Of a stretch of DNA of 64,000 nt, positions 1 through 10,172 are shown one piece after another. A program made the position numbers and the translations under genes. A model generated the notes under the pieces. It searched no databases. It saw only the letters and a list, made by a program, of their open reading frames with translations, and was not told the DNA's origin. Each line of letters begins with the position of its first letter. The stretch's first letter is position 1. Source of the stretch: Bryobacteraceae bacterium (lineage in GTDB: Bacteria; Acidobacteriota; Terriglobia; Bryobacterales; Bryobacteraceae); contig JANRLE010000380.1 of assembly GCA_033762895.1 (NCBI GenBank), forward strand, positions 12,243 to 76,242. Reading direction: 5' to 3'.

Positions 1-1261
1 CGAAGGAGTTACTGGGCGCGCGCGGCGGCTCATACTCCAACTTGCCCTCGGCATGGAAATAGAGCGTCCTGGCGGCCGCCTGCTTCGGGGGCCAGGCATC
101 GAACTTACGCCACTGGTTTGACCCGGTCTCGAACATATAGGCTTTGGCCAGCTTCACATCGGCCTTATCCTTAAGATGGCGCATGAAGAACGGAAATTCG
201 ATCTCATCGCGGTAATGTTCGCCGGTATTGGCGTTAAACTTCACGTGACCCAGCGCTTCGCCCTTTTTCCTGCCCCACTGGCCATGCGACCACGGCCCCA
301 TCACCAGCAGGTTCTGCGCCGCCGTACCGGCCTTTTCAATCGCCTGGTAGAGACGCAGCGCGCCAAACAGATCCTCGGCGTCGAACCAGCCGCCCACCGT
401 CATCATGGCCGGCTTCATGCGGTTGGCGCCGCGGCGCAGGTCGCGCTCCTTCCAATAATCGTCGTAGTTGGGGTGCTGGATAAACTCGTTCCAGTAGGCC
501 ACGCGGTTCTTGAAATACTTCTCATTGAGGTTCACCAGCGGCCCGACACCGAGAAAGAACTCGTAGCCGTTGACATAATCGGGCGCGATGGATTCGGCGG
601 ATTTCGTGGTGGGCTCCGGGCGCGCCAATCCGAAGGAGTTATAGAAACGGAAGAAATGCGGCATGTAGAAAGCGCCGTTGTGATGGAAGTCGTCGCCCAC
701 GAACCAATCGGTGACGGGCGCCTGCGGCGAGGAAGCCTTCAGCGCGGGGTGCGCGTCAATGGCTCCCATGGCGGCGTAGAAGCCGGGGTAGGAGATGCCC
801 CAGATCCCCACGCGCCCGTTGTTGAGGGGCACGTTCTTCACCAGCCAATCGATGGTGTCATAGGTGTCGCTCGATTCATCGACGTCCTGTGGCCCCTTCT
901 TATTGGGGAGGAAGGGCCGCACGTTCACATACTCTCCTTCGGACATGTAGCGGCCGCGCACGTCCTGGAAGACGAAGATGAAGCCCTCCTTGATGAATTT
1001 GGCGGACTTGGAGAAGTCCTTGGGGTAGTTGTCCGCGCCGTAGGGGCCCACCTTATAGGGAGTGCGGGTGAGCAGGATGGGATAGGTCTTCGAATCATCC
1101 TTGGGCACATAGACGGCGGTGAACAGGCGCTTGCCGTCGCGCATGGCGATGCGGTGTTCGTACTTGGTGTAGTGCGCCTTGATGTCTTCGGACTGGTCCT
1201 TGATCTCCGGCTGCGCCGCGGCGGTGGCCACCAGGAGTGGCAGGGTCAAAAGGAATCGCAT
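1..1261 (-). CDS. CocE/NonD (S15 X-Pro dipeptidyl-peptidase-like) family hydrolase, C-terminus outside the window
   Basis: Hand translation of the minus strand. The ORF is open at the window edge, so it is missing from the ORF track. ATG at 1261 gives MRFLLTLPLLVATAAAQ (signal-like), then YPILLTRTPY, FVFQDVRGRYMSEG and GIWGISYPGFY (GxSYxG nucleophile elbow). The 176..1306 plus ORF is its antisense shadow. Confidence 0.75.
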   Translation of the reverse strand, partial: MRFLLTLPLLVATAAAQPEIKDQSEDIKAHYTKYEHRIAMRDGKRLFTAVYVPKDDSKTYPILLTRTPYKVGPYGADNYPKDFSKSAKFIKEGFIFVFQDVRGRYMSEGEYVNVRPFLPNKKGPQDVDESSDTYDTIDWLVKNVPLNNGRVGIWGISYPGFYAAMGAIDAHPALKASSPQAPVTDWFVGDDFHHNGAFYMPHFFRFYNSFGLARPEPTTKSAESIAPDYVNGYEFFLGVGPLVNLNEKYFKNRVAYWNEFIQHPNYDDYWKERDLRRGANRMKPAMMTVGGWFDAEDLFGALRLYQAIEKAGTAAQNLLVMGPWSHGQWGRKKGEALGHVKFNANTGEHYRDEIEFPFFMRHLKDKADVKLAKAYMFETGSNQWRKFDAWPPKQAAARTLYFHAEGKLEYEPPRAPSNSF

Positions 1262-1287
1262 ATGGTGCATGGTATCGTGACTCGTAT

Positions 1288-3780
1288 ATGCGACGAGCGG
1301 GACTGATAACCTTCATCGCCGTGGCCGCGGCCTGGTGTGAAGTGCCCACCATGCGGGAGCATTTCGGCTACACGCCGGGCGACGACTATAAGCTGGCCGA
1401 TTACGGCGAGGTGACGGGCTACTTCCGCAAGCTGGCGGCGGCATCGGACCGCATGAAGCTGGTGGAGTTCGGGAAATCGGCGATGGGCAAGCCGATGCTG
1501 GTGGCGTTTATCTCCTCGCCCCAGAACCTGGCAAAGCTGGATGCCTACCGCGAGATCAACCGCAGGCTGGCGCTGGGAGAGGCTACCCCGGAAGAGGCGC
1601 GGCGGCTAAGCAGGGAGGGCAAGGCGATTGTGTGGATCGATTCGGGCCTGCATGCCAGCGAAGTGGCTCCCGTGCAACAGGCGCCGCACCTGGCCTACCG
1701 GATGTTGACGGACGATTCAGACGAAGTGCGGCGGATCCGGGAGAACGTGATCCTGATGCAGGTGCCGGTGATCAATCCCGATGGTCTGGACTGGATCGCG
1801 CACTGGTACAGCAGGAACGTGAAGACGCCGTATGAACTGGCGCCGCTGCCGCACCTGTATCAGAAGTATGCGGGGCACGACAACAACCGCGACTACTTCA
1901 TGCTGAACCTGGAGGAGACGCGGCACGTGGCGCGGCTGCTGTTCCGCGAATGGTATCCGCACGTGGTGTACAACCAGCATCAGCAGCCGGCGTTCCCGGC
2001 GCGAATCTTCGTTCCGCCCTACGCCGAGCCGCTGAATCCGCACATCCCGGCGGCGGTGATGGAGGGGATCAACCTGATCGGATCGGCGATGAAGGAACGC
2101 TTCGCGCAGGAGAACAAGCCGGGCGTGCTGTCCTATTTTGGCTTTGACGGATGGTGGAACGGAGGGCTGCGGTCGGCGCCGGCGTTCCATAACATGCATG
2201 GGATCCTCACCGAGACGGCGGCCCGCGGATACGCCACGCCGCGCGAGTACCGGAAGAACGATCTGCCGGAGCGGTTCAGCAATGGCATGCCGGCGGGAGA
2301 GCCATCGATCTTTTATCAGCGCCCGTGGCAGGGTGGTATGTGGAGGCTACGCGACGCCATTGAATATATGCTGACGGCGGACTTCGCCATTCTGGATCTG
2401 GCCGCCAGCCGCTCCCCGCAGTTCCTGTATAAGGCGTGGGAGATGGCGCGCCAGAACATTGAGATGGGTAAGGCGGGCAAGCCCTATGCCTACGTGGTGC
2501 CGGCGGATCAGAGGGACCGCTATTCGGCGGTGGAGATGCTGCGGCGGCTGCAGATGTCCGGGCTGGTGGTGGAGCGGGCTCGGCGCAAGTTTCGCGCCGA
2601 GGGCAAGGAGTACGCCGCAGGTTCGTGGATTCTGCCGGCGGCGCAGCCTTTCCGAGCGCACCTGGCGGATCTGATGGAGCCGCAGAAGTACCCGCAGATC
2701 CGCAGCGGGCAGAGCGGGCCCACCAAGCGGCCCTATGACGTGGCGGGCTGGACGCTGCCGATGCTGATGGGCGTGGCGGCGGAAAGGCTGAACGACACCT
2801 TTCAAGCCGAGTTGGAGCCGGCGGGCGAGTTGCAGCCGGGAGAGCCTTCATTCGACCGGCGCGACAATTCGTCGTACCTCAGGCTGGCGGAGCTTTTGAA
2901 AAAGGATACGAAAGTCCGATGGGCCGGCGATGGCACGATGGTGGTGACGGGAGATGCGTTCGCGAAGGCGGCGTGGGAGTTGCGCGCGCCACGGGTGGCG
3001 TTATATGAGCCCTACACCGCCAACATGGACACGGGGTGGACACAATGGGTGCTGGATACGTTCCGCGTGCCCTACACGGTGGTGCGCAATGAAGATCTGC
3101 AGAAAGGCGATCTGCGCGCGCGGTTCGATACGGTGATTCTTGCCTCGCAGGGCGCGGCGTCCATCCTGCATGGGACGCGGGAGGGCGAAGCGTTGTCGCG
3201 AAGGTCAGGGGATGCGCCGGGCGTGGTGCAGCGGCCGGAATATGCGGGCGGCATCGGGCTGAGCGGATTAGGAGCAGTGGATGCGTTTGTCCGCAATGGC
3301 GGCAGCCTCATCGCGTTTGACGCGGCCACCGATCTGCCGGTGCAGTTCTTTCCGCTGCCGGTTGCGGCGCGGATACGGACCAGGGGTGACGACGACACGG
3401 CGGCTGGCGGTTACTACTGTCCGGGATCGATACTGCGGGTGACGGTGGATACCTCGCACCCGGTGGCGTTCGGAATGCCGAGGGAGGCGCTGGTGTTTTC
3501 GAGCGGGGGCCAGGCGTGGGATGTGAACCTGCTGGCCGAGTACAACAAGGGAGACCGGGAGGTGAAGACCGTGGCCCGCTATGCCGCTTCAAACGTGCTG
3601 GCTTCGGGATGGCTTTCCGGGGAGAAGACGGTGCAGGGCAAGCCGATCCTGATGGACGCGCGGCATGGCCAGGGGCATGTATACCTGTTTGGATTCCGGC
3701 CGCAGTTTCGCGGGCAGACGTTCGGCACGTTTAAGCTGGTGTTGAACGCGATTTACCTGGCCTCGGCACGGAGGCTTTGA
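1288..3780 (+). CDS. M14 family zinc carboxypeptidase-like protein
   Basis: Contains WIDSGLHASEV (HxxE zinc motif), VINPDGLDW and YAGHDNNRDYF. I prefer the ATG at 1288 (MRRAGLITFIAVAAAW, signal-like) because the 1237 start overlaps the divergent gene that starts at 1261. Confidence 0.75.
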   Translation: MRRAGLITFIAVAAAWCEVPTMREHFGYTPGDDYKLADYGEVTGYFRKLAAASDRMKLVEFGKSAMGKPMLVAFISSPQNLAKLDAYREINRRLALGEATPEEARRLSREGKAIVWIDSGLHASEVAPVQQAPHLAYRMLTDDSDEVRRIRENVILMQVPVINPDGLDWIAHWYSRNVKTPYELAPLPHLYQKYAGHDNNRDYFMLNLEETRHVARLLFREWYPHVVYNQHQQPAFPARIFVPPYAEPLNPHIPAAVMEGINLIGSAMKERFAQENKPGVLSYFGFDGWWNGGLRSAPAFHNMHGILTETAARGYATPREYRKNDLPERFSNGMPAGEPSIFYQRPWQGGMWRLRDAIEYMLTADFAILDLAASRSPQFLYKAWEMARQNIEMGKAGKPYAYVVPADQRDRYSAVEMLRRLQMSGLVVERARRKFRAEGKEYAAGSWILPAAQPFRAHLADLMEPQKYPQIRSGQSGPTKRPYDVAGWTLPMLMGVAAERLNDTFQAELEPAGELQPGEPSFDRRDNSSYLRLAELLKKDTKVRWAGDGTMVVTGDAFAKAAWELRAPRVALYEPYTANMDTGWTQWVLDTFRVPYTVVRNEDLQKGDLRARFDTVILASQGAASILHGTREGEALSRRSGDAPGVVQRPEYAGGIGLSGLGAVDAFVRNGGSLIAFDAATDLPVQFFPLPVAARIRTRGDDDTAAGGYYCPGSILRVTVDTSHPVAFGMPREALVFSSGGQAWDVNLLAEYNKGDREVKTVARYAASNVLASGWLSGEKTVQGKPILMDARHGQGHVYLFGFRPQFRGQTFGTFKLVLNAIYLASARRL

Positions 3781-3786
3781 ACTGGA

Positions 3787-4551
3787 GTGGACAAGGATAT
3801 GTCGAGACTTTTCGATTCGCCTGAAATGGCGTTGGGATATGCGCGATCGCGGCCCCCGATGCACGCCCCGATTCTGGAGCTGGTGCGGGAGCACCTCAAG
3901 CTGAACGCACCCGTTGCGGAGGCATTGGACGTGGGGTGTGGCGCGGGGCTTTCCACGGCTCCGCTGGCCGCCATTGCGAAGCATCGCACGGGAGTGGAGC
4001 CGTTCGAATCGATGCTGCGGCATGCGTCGGCAATTGCGCCCGGCGCGGACTTCACGGTGGGGCAGGCCGAGGCGCTGCCGGTGCGGTCAGAATCCATCGA
4101 TCTGTGTACGGCGGCCGGCTCACTGCCCTTCACCGACGTTCCTTACGCGTTAGTCGAACTTCGCAGGGTGCTGCGGCGGGGAGGAACGCTGGTAATCTAT
4201 GACTTCCGCCAGGGCTGCGACTTCCGCGACAATGACCGGCTTACGATGTGGCACGCCGAGTTCAAGCGGCGCTATCCGCCTCCGCCATCGAAGGGATTCG
4301 ACGTTGAGGCACTGCCTCTGGCGGCAAACGGATTTTACCTGGCTGCCTACCGGCCCTTCGAGATCGGCCTGACTTTGTCCCCGGATTTTTACCTCAACTA
4401 CGCCATGACGGAAACCAACGTGGCCGCCGCGACAGCCCGGGGCATAGCGGAGCAGGAGATCCGCACATGGTGCCGGGAGAGCCTGGCCGGTGTCTTCGGC
4501 GGAGAACCCAGGGAGGTGGTGTTTAAAGGGTACGCCGCTTACGCGGTCTGA
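3787..4551 (+). CDS. class I SAM-dependent methyltransferase
   Basis: LDVGCGAGLST glycine-rich motif I, then LRRGGTLVIYDF. The start is ambiguous (GTG 3787 or ATG 3799). Confidence 0.8.
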   Translation: MDKDMSRLFDSPEMALGYARSRPPMHAPILELVREHLKLNAPVAEALDVGCGAGLSTAPLAAIAKHRTGVEPFESMLRHASAIAPGADFTVGQAEALPVRSESIDLCTAAGSLPFTDVPYALVELRRVLRRGGTLVIYDFRQGCDFRDNDRLTMWHAEFKRRYPPPPSKGFDVEALPLAANGFYLAAYRPFEIGLTLSPDFYLNYAMTETNVAAATARGIAEQEIRTWCRESLAGVFGGEPREVVFKGYAAYAV

Positions 4552-4557
4552 CGGGGC

Positions 4558-6507
4558 CTATTTTGCCTCCCAGCGCTCACCGAAGAATCCGCCGGCAGCG
4601 GCTTTGCCGGGCCAGCGGCCATCGGCCTCCACGCGGGCATCGATGAAGGCCCAGTCCGGCAGTTTTGCGATCTGGCGGGCGTTGTTCAGGTAGTCGTACT
4701 CGCGGAAGGTGAATCCGCTGTTCACCACCACATAGCGGCGCGGATTGAGCGGATTGGGGTATACCAGAACCGGGTAATGCGTGGCGGCGTCGAACTGATT
4801 GGCGCCCAGCGTGACACCGTTCGCGCTCCATTTCACGGGCAGTTGTCCGGCAACGCGGCCGAGGAGGGTGTTACTCGTGGGATCGCCCCAGAGTACAAGA
4901 TTCGATGAGGCGATATCCTCGTCAGTTACTTCGCTGTCTTTCTTCACGCGGGCGTCGCCGCGGAACTGGCGGCGCCACTCGGTAACGGCGCGCTTCATCT
5001 CCGCCTCGATGCGCCGGCCGGCGGCGCCCGAAAGTGTGCCCGAGGGCATCACAAAGAGGAAGCGGCTCATGAAGGCGTCGTCAATGGGGCCCTGCAGGCC
5101 GTGGCGTTTGGCCAGCCCTTCGAAACCGGCCGTCTTTGTTGCCTGCCACTTGCCACCTTCGCGGCGGAAGTGGGCGCGCCAGGAGCGATCCGACATCGGC
5201 CCGGGCGTTTCGATCGTTGCGCCGTCCAGCGTCACCGCGATTTTGCCCGCGGGAGTAAGCGGACAGCCGCCGGGGCCGAAATCGAGGGTGAGCGCGGAGA
5301 CGTTTTTCGTGGCCACGCGCACGGCCTTTGCGCCGTCGAGTTCTGCGTTGACCACGGCTTTCTCCCAATGCTGTTCCAACCCGTCCACCACCACCCATTT
5401 CATACGGTTATAGCGCAGGGTGTAAGTGGTGAACTTTACCGCCGCCGGCCAGGCGTCCCTGCCTCGCGCGGCGATGGCGTCAATCCGGCGGTCGATCTCA
5501 ATCTTGGAATCCGGATGATAGCGGTGGGCGGTCTTGGGACCGATGATATGCGTCATGCGCATGCCCTCGGCGTTCAGGTGTTTCTCCATGATATCGGCGG
5601 CCTGTTTCTGGCGGTCGATTTCACCGGAGTAAGCCACCAGCGGCAGATTGAAGAAGTTCAGCGCGTACTCAGTGGCATCGTACATGCGCCAGAGTTTCTG
5701 TTCCCACCAGTTGGGCTTGACGGCTTCGTTCTGAAACACCTTCAGGAAGTCGGCGGTTTCGCTGAAGCCCGCGCCCGGAGCGGCGGCGGCCCAACGGCCG
5801 GCATGGTGCGCGGCAATGTGCCAGGCGGCGGCGCCACCCATGCTGAATCCTCGCATGACAAGGCGGTCGTCATCGATGCGGTAATGGCGGCGCACGTCGC
5901 GCAGGGCTTCGAAAAGGTCCACCTCGCCGGCGAACTTATTGGCGTTGCAGTATCGGCCGTAGAGGTGCAGTACGATGGCATCGCGGGGTGTGAACTCACC
6001 GGGGCGGGATTGCCGCTCAGTAAGGAAATTCACCTCGCTCAGCATTTCGCTGCGGCCGTGGAACCAGGCATCCAGACGCCATTGACGCGAAGACTTCGGA
6101 TCCCAATCGGCTGGGATGACCAACCCATAGGGCTGAATGGAATCGTCGATGCGGGAGCGGTAGCCGCGCACCACCAGTCCGGTGGCACGGGTCCAGGGGG
6201 CATCGCCGCGCCGCAGGGCCGCCGCCCGTTCCATCCCCTGCCGCAGCAGTTCGCGCGCCTTTCCGAATTCGTCGGGCCTGAAGAATTCGTTGTAAGTAAG
6301 CGCGTAGCGGACGGCTTCGCGGAAGATGAGTACGTCGGGAGCCAGGTCATGATCGCCCAGCTTCGCGATCGCGGCGCTAAGTTCCTTCAGCCCGTTTTCG
6401 AGAGCGGCCTTGTCGGCATCGGGGACGGGGACACCCGGGGGAGGCACAGGCCGGTCGGCGGCCCCCATCATGCCAGCGAGAACCAGGACCAGCAACGTCA
6501 TCTTCAT
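4558..6507 (-). CDS. alpha/beta hydrolase, prolyl-oligopeptidase (S9)-like, secreted
   Basis: GFSMGGAAAW (GxSxG). The internal start MKMTLLVLVLAGMMGA at 6507 is signal-like. Its ATG overlaps the mutL stop (ATGA at 6504-6507). Confidence 0.7.
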   Translation of the reverse strand: MKMTLLVLVLAGMMGAADRPVPPPGVPVPDADKAALENGLKELSAAIAKLGDHDLAPDVLIFREAVRYALTYNEFFRPDEFGKARELLRQGMERAAALRRGDAPWTRATGLVVRGYRSRIDDSIQPYGLVIPADWDPKSSRQWRLDAWFHGRSEMLSEVNFLTERQSRPGEFTPRDAIVLHLYGRYCNANKFAGEVDLFEALRDVRRHYRIDDDRLVMRGFSMGGAAAWHIAAHHAGRWAAAAPGAGFSETADFLKVFQNEAVKPNWWEQKLWRMYDATEYALNFFNLPLVAYSGEIDRQKQAADIMEKHLNAEGMRMTHIIGPKTAHRYHPDSKIEIDRRIDAIAARGRDAWPAAVKFTTYTLRYNRMKWVVVDGLEQHWEKAVVNAELDGAKAVRVATKNVSALTLDFGPGGCPLTPAGKIAVTLDGATIETPGPMSDRSWRAHFRREGGKWQATKTAGFEGLAKRHGLQGPIDDAFMSRFLFVMPSGTLSGAAGRRIEAEMKRAVTEWRRQFRGDARVKKDSEVTDEDIASSNLVLWGDPTSNTLLGRVAGQLPVKWSANGVTLGANQFDAATHYPVLVYPNPLNPRRYVVVNSGFTFREYDYLNNARQIAKLPDWAFIDARVEADGRWPGKAAAGGFFGERWEAK

Positions 6508-8441
6508 ATGCGGTGAAAGCCTTTCAAAATGTCGCGAATGCCATAGCGCAGCGCCACCGGCCGCCCGTGCGGGCAGGACATGGGATACTCGGTTTTCGCC
6601 AGTTCGGCCAACAGCCATTCAATCTTACTGGAATCCAGGCGCATGTTGATCTTGATGGCGGCGCGGCAGGCGATGGAAGCGGCCATGGCGCGCCGCACAT
6701 CTTCGAGCGAAACGCGGCGCAGCTCGCTTTCGGCGATCTCCAGGATTTCAAACACCAGCTTTTCGGCCTCGGCCGCTGTCACCGCGGCGGGCGCGGTCTT
6801 CACGGCCACCGTCCGGCCGCCGTAGAGTTCGGTTTCAAAACCGACGGCCGCCAGTTCAGAGGCGATCCGCTCGTATTCAATCAGTTGACCGGGAGTAAGT
6901 TCCAACATCAGGGGCATCAGAAGCTGCTGCACCTGAACGCCGCCGCGGGCGCGCTCGCGCAGCACTTTCTCAAACAGGATGCGCTCATGGGCCACGTGCT
7001 GGTCAATGATCCACAACCCGTCCCGGCTGGCGGCGATGATGAAGGAATCCTGTAACTGCCCGAGCGGGCGTAAGTCGCGCAGAACCTCCATCGAAGCCGG
7101 CGCGTCCAACTCGGCTTCCAGGGGGAAACCACCGTGCGTATCGGGTACACGCAGGCGCAGTGGTTCGGCACGGATGCCTGCCTCCACTGGCGGCGCGGCG
7201 CTGAAATCCAACCGGGGCGCCTCGGCTTGCGGCGGCTTCAATGTGAAGTCGGGGAGCGCGGCCTCCTGCTCCGCCGTCAGCGGCTTGAGCGCATCCAATA
7301 CGGACGCATCCATCTGTTCGTTCTCGATCCGCTGGGTGAAATCGGAGTACGGAAGCTGTGCGGCCTGCTGCGGCGCCTCGTGTATGGGCACGGAGGAAAC
7401 CGGCCGGTTGCGGGTGAGCGCCTCGCGGATGGAATCGCGCACGAAGTCATGAACGAAGGTGCCGCGTTTGAATCGCACCTCGGTCTTCGATGGGTGAACG
7501 TTGACGTCCACTTCCTCGGCCGCGCACTCCAGAAACAACAGGGCGAAGGGAAACGCCGCCGAGGGAATCAGATTGTGATAAGCCGAAGAGAGTGCGTGCA
7601 GCAGCAGCCGGTCCCGTATCAGACGGCGGTTTACGAATAAGTAGATGGAGTTACGATTGGTCTTCTGCACCTGCGGCCGCGAGACGAACCCGCGAAGAGT
7701 GTAGGAAACCGCGGGCGTCTCCTCGCCGTCGCTATCCACCGATCCCGCAATTTCGCGCCGCAGCCCGCCAATCTCGATCAGATCTTCCAGGCTCCGGCTG
7801 CCGAAAATCTGGAACACCCGCTCACGCAGCGATTCCACGGGCGTCACGCGCAGCAGTTCGGCGTTATGATGCCGCAGTTCGAAGGCCTTTTCCGGCTGCG
7901 CCAGCGAATAGTGGGTCACCAGCGAGGCAATGTGCGCAAGCTCGGTCTGCTCCGATCGCAGGAACTTACGGCGCGCGGGAACATTGAAGAACAGGTCGCG
8001 GACAGTCACCGTAGTGCCGGGCGCGCGGGCCGTGTCTTCGTACTTGAAAATCTTTCCGCCGGAGATTTCGATGAGGCTGCCCAGTTGTTCATCGCCGGAG
8101 CGGGTTTCGAGGCTCAGCCTTGAGACCGAGGCGATCGAGGGCAGCGCTTCTCCCCGGAACCCAAGCGTGGCGATGGAAAACAGGTCGCTGGTGGTGCGCA
8201 GCTTCGATGTGGCGTGGCGCTCAAAGGCCAGCAGCGCGTCGTCCTTGAGCATTCCGATACCATTGTCGACAATGCGCATCAGGCGGCGCCCGCCGGCTTC
8301 GATATCGATGCGGATGTCGGTGGCGCCGGCGTCAAGGGAATTTTCCAGCAGTTCCTTGATCACCGAAGCCGGGCGCTCCACCACCTCGCCGGCGGCGATC
8401 TTGTTCGCCAGATCGTCAGAGAGGACTTGGATGCGCCCCAT
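6504..8441 (-). CDS. mutL: DNA mismatch repair protein MutL
   Basis: N-terminus IQVLSDDLANKIAAGEVVERPASVIKELLENSLDAG (GHKL ATPase motif) and C-terminal dimerisation region with CPHGRP. Confidence 0.95.
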   Translation of the reverse strand: MGRIQVLSDDLANKIAAGEVVERPASVIKELLENSLDAGATDIRIDIEAGGRRLMRIVDNGIGMLKDDALLAFERHATSKLRTTSDLFSIATLGFRGEALPSIASVSRLSLETRSGDEQLGSLIEISGGKIFKYEDTARAPGTTVTVRDLFFNVPARRKFLRSEQTELAHIASLVTHYSLAQPEKAFELRHHNAELLRVTPVESLRERVFQIFGSRSLEDLIEIGGLRREIAGSVDSDGEETPAVSYTLRGFVSRPQVQKTNRNSIYLFVNRRLIRDRLLLHALSSAYHNLIPSAAFPFALLFLECAAEEVDVNVHPSKTEVRFKRGTFVHDFVRDSIREALTRNRPVSSVPIHEAPQQAAQLPYSDFTQRIENEQMDASVLDALKPLTAEQEAALPDFTLKPPQAEAPRLDFSAAPPVEAGIRAEPLRLRVPDTHGGFPLEAELDAPASMEVLRDLRPLGQLQDSFIIAASRDGLWIIDQHVAHERILFEKVLRERARGGVQVQQLLMPLMLELTPGQLIEYERIASELAAVGFETELYGGRTVAVKTAPAAVTAAEAEKLVFEILEIAESELRRVSLEDVRRAMAASIACRAAIKINMRLDSSKIEWLLAELAKTEYPMSCPHGRPVALRYGIRDILKGFHRI

Positions 8442-8469
8442 TTCTTGTGACAGGCCGCGCGGCCTGTCC

Positions 8470-10134
8470 TTATTGGATCACAACTCCGCGCTCATTCAGC
8501 AATTCACCGGTGCGCTGCAGCAGTTGCAGCAGATTCCGCCGGTAGTTGATGGATTCACGCACCATGTTCGATTCGGCCTGGGTAAGGTCCAACTGCGCCT
8601 GCAGGACGAAGAAGATCACCGTGGTGCCGAGTTCGTACTTCTTCTGTTCGGCATCGACGCGCTTTTGCGCAAAGTCCCGGGCGATCTGCGCCAGCTTCAC
8701 CGAAGCCCGGCTCGCCTCCACGTTGTTGATGGCGTTGAGCACTTCCAGGCGCACGGTCTGCTCAGTGGAGCGGACCTGAAGCATGTCACGGCGTTTGCGG
8801 ATGGTGGCGTCGGCGAAGTCGGCCGCGCCACGCCGGTTGCGCAGCGGCAGGTTCAGTGTGAGCGACATATTGTAGATCGGGAAGCCGAACCCGAACATCT
8901 GGTCGAATGCGTCGGTCACGCCGCCGGGCACTGGAGCCAGCGTGGCGCCGGTGAGCGCGTTCCCCTGGCGGGGAAAGAAGGTCCCGCCGCGCCCGGTTGA
9001 CGTGTAGCCGCCACCCAGCCGGAAATCCGGCCGCAGTGCGTCGCGCGCGCCGGTGATGTTCAAATCGTCGACATCAAGCTGTTGCAACGCGGCACGGAAG
9101 TCCGGCCGAAGTTGCATGGCGCGCTGCACAAGGCCTTCCTTGTCGAATTCGGAGTCGTCAGTGGGAGGATTCACCGGCTCGGTCAGGACAATCGGCAGCT
9201 TGCGGATGTCGGGATCGAGATCGATGGACGCCTGCCGCCGGATCACCTCCTCCAACTGCGCCAGCCGGTAACGGGCCTGGGTTACCTGGAATTCCGCGGT
9301 GGCGTATTGCTGCTGCGGCTGGTAGATATCGAGGGCGGAGATGGCGCCGAGTTCCAATTCCTTCTGCGACCGGTCGAGGGCGGCCTTGGTCAACTGAAGA
9401 AAGTTCTCCTGGACGCGCAGGTTCTCGCGCGCTTCCACCACGTTCCAGTAAGCGCCTTCCGCCGTGGCCAGCAGCCTCAGTATCTGGTCGGAAGTATTGA
9501 ACTGCTGTACCTTCAACTGGCTGCGCGCCACCGAGATGGGCAACATGTTGATCTGCCTGCCGCGGCCGCGCAGCAGGGGCTGACTGAAGCGGAAGTTCAA
9601 CTGGGTATTGAAGGACGGGTTGAAGGTCTGGAACTGGCTGTTGGTGGATGACTTTGAGCCGTTGAATCCCACGTTGATCTGCGTACCGGTAGGAAGCAAC
9701 TGCTGATAGCCAAACTGCCACGGCTGGTTGAGCGTGGAGACCGTATTGGCGCCGGCCAGCACGTCGGAAGCCTGTGTATTGGACCGCGTGGCGGTGAACT
9801 GATTCACCATAAGCGGATCGAAGATGCCGAACTGCCGGGTGATGTTATTCTTCGGGATCTCCAGATTGAGGCGCTGGATCTCCAGGTCCGTGTTATTGGC
9901 AAGAACCAGGTCGAGATAGTTGCGGAGTGAGAGTTCCAATTTGTCTCCGGCCACGAAATCGGCCAGCCGCACAGGTTCGCGAAGCTGGTATCGCGGCACT
10001 TCGGGCCCCATGATTTCACGGAAATAAGCTGAATTCGGGAACTTCGGTGAATCCCAGAACTTCGAGGTATCGCCCTGCTGCGCCATCATGGGAAGTGCGC
10101 CAGTCAACGCGGCGCACCAAACGTACAGTCTCAT
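8470..10134 (-). CDS. TolC family outer membrane efflux protein
   Basis: Two-repeat coiled-coil/beta architecture typical of TolC/OprM-type proteins. Signal peptide MRLYVWCAALTGALPMMAQQ. The ATG at 10134 has GGGA 9 nt upstream; 10143 and 10167 are alternatives. Confidence 0.8.
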   Translation of the reverse strand: MRLYVWCAALTGALPMMAQQGDTSKFWDSPKFPNSAYFREIMGPEVPRYQLREPVRLADFVAGDKLELSLRNYLDLVLANNTDLEIQRLNLEIPKNNITRQFGIFDPLMVNQFTATRSNTQASDVLAGANTVSTLNQPWQFGYQQLLPTGTQINVGFNGSKSSTNSQFQTFNPSFNTQLNFRFSQPLLRGRGRQINMLPISVARSQLKVQQFNTSDQILRLLATAEGAYWNVVEARENLRVQENFLQLTKAALDRSQKELELGAISALDIYQPQQQYATAEFQVTQARYRLAQLEEVIRRQASIDLDPDIRKLPIVLTEPVNPPTDDSEFDKEGLVQRAMQLRPDFRAALQQLDVDDLNITGARDALRPDFRLGGGYTSTGRGGTFFPRQGNALTGATLAPVPGGVTDAFDQMFGFGFPIYNMSLTLNLPLRNRRGAADFADATIRKRRDMLQVRSTEQTVRLEVLNAINNVEASRASVKLAQIARDFAQKRVDAEQKKYELGTTVIFFVLQAQLDLTQAESNMVRESINYRRNLLQLLQRTGELLNERGVVIQ

Positions 10135-10172
10135 TCGAGTCATTCCCTTTTCGATAAAAATTCCCAATCTTA

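Noticed and set aside
176-1306. 376-aa plus-strand ORF
   Set aside because: Its composition is Gly/Val/His/Arg/Leu-rich with no motifs. It is the antisense shadow of a clearly recognisable CocE/NonD hydrolase on the minus strand. High GC keeps antisense frames open.
5101-6516. 471-aa plus-strand ORF, and similar long antisense ORFs at 7930..9000, 11426..12814, 14978..15922, 17427..18665, 18936..20411, 20580..21683, 21892..22908, 25420..27054, 29737..31152, 32837..34126, 43247..44209, 44222..45409, 46359..47516, 55842..57221 and 60616..61899
   Set aside because: Each lies opposite a gene with strong family motifs and has Arg/Gly/His/Pro-biased, motif-free sequence. They are typical open antisense frames in GC-rich DNA, not overlapping genes.
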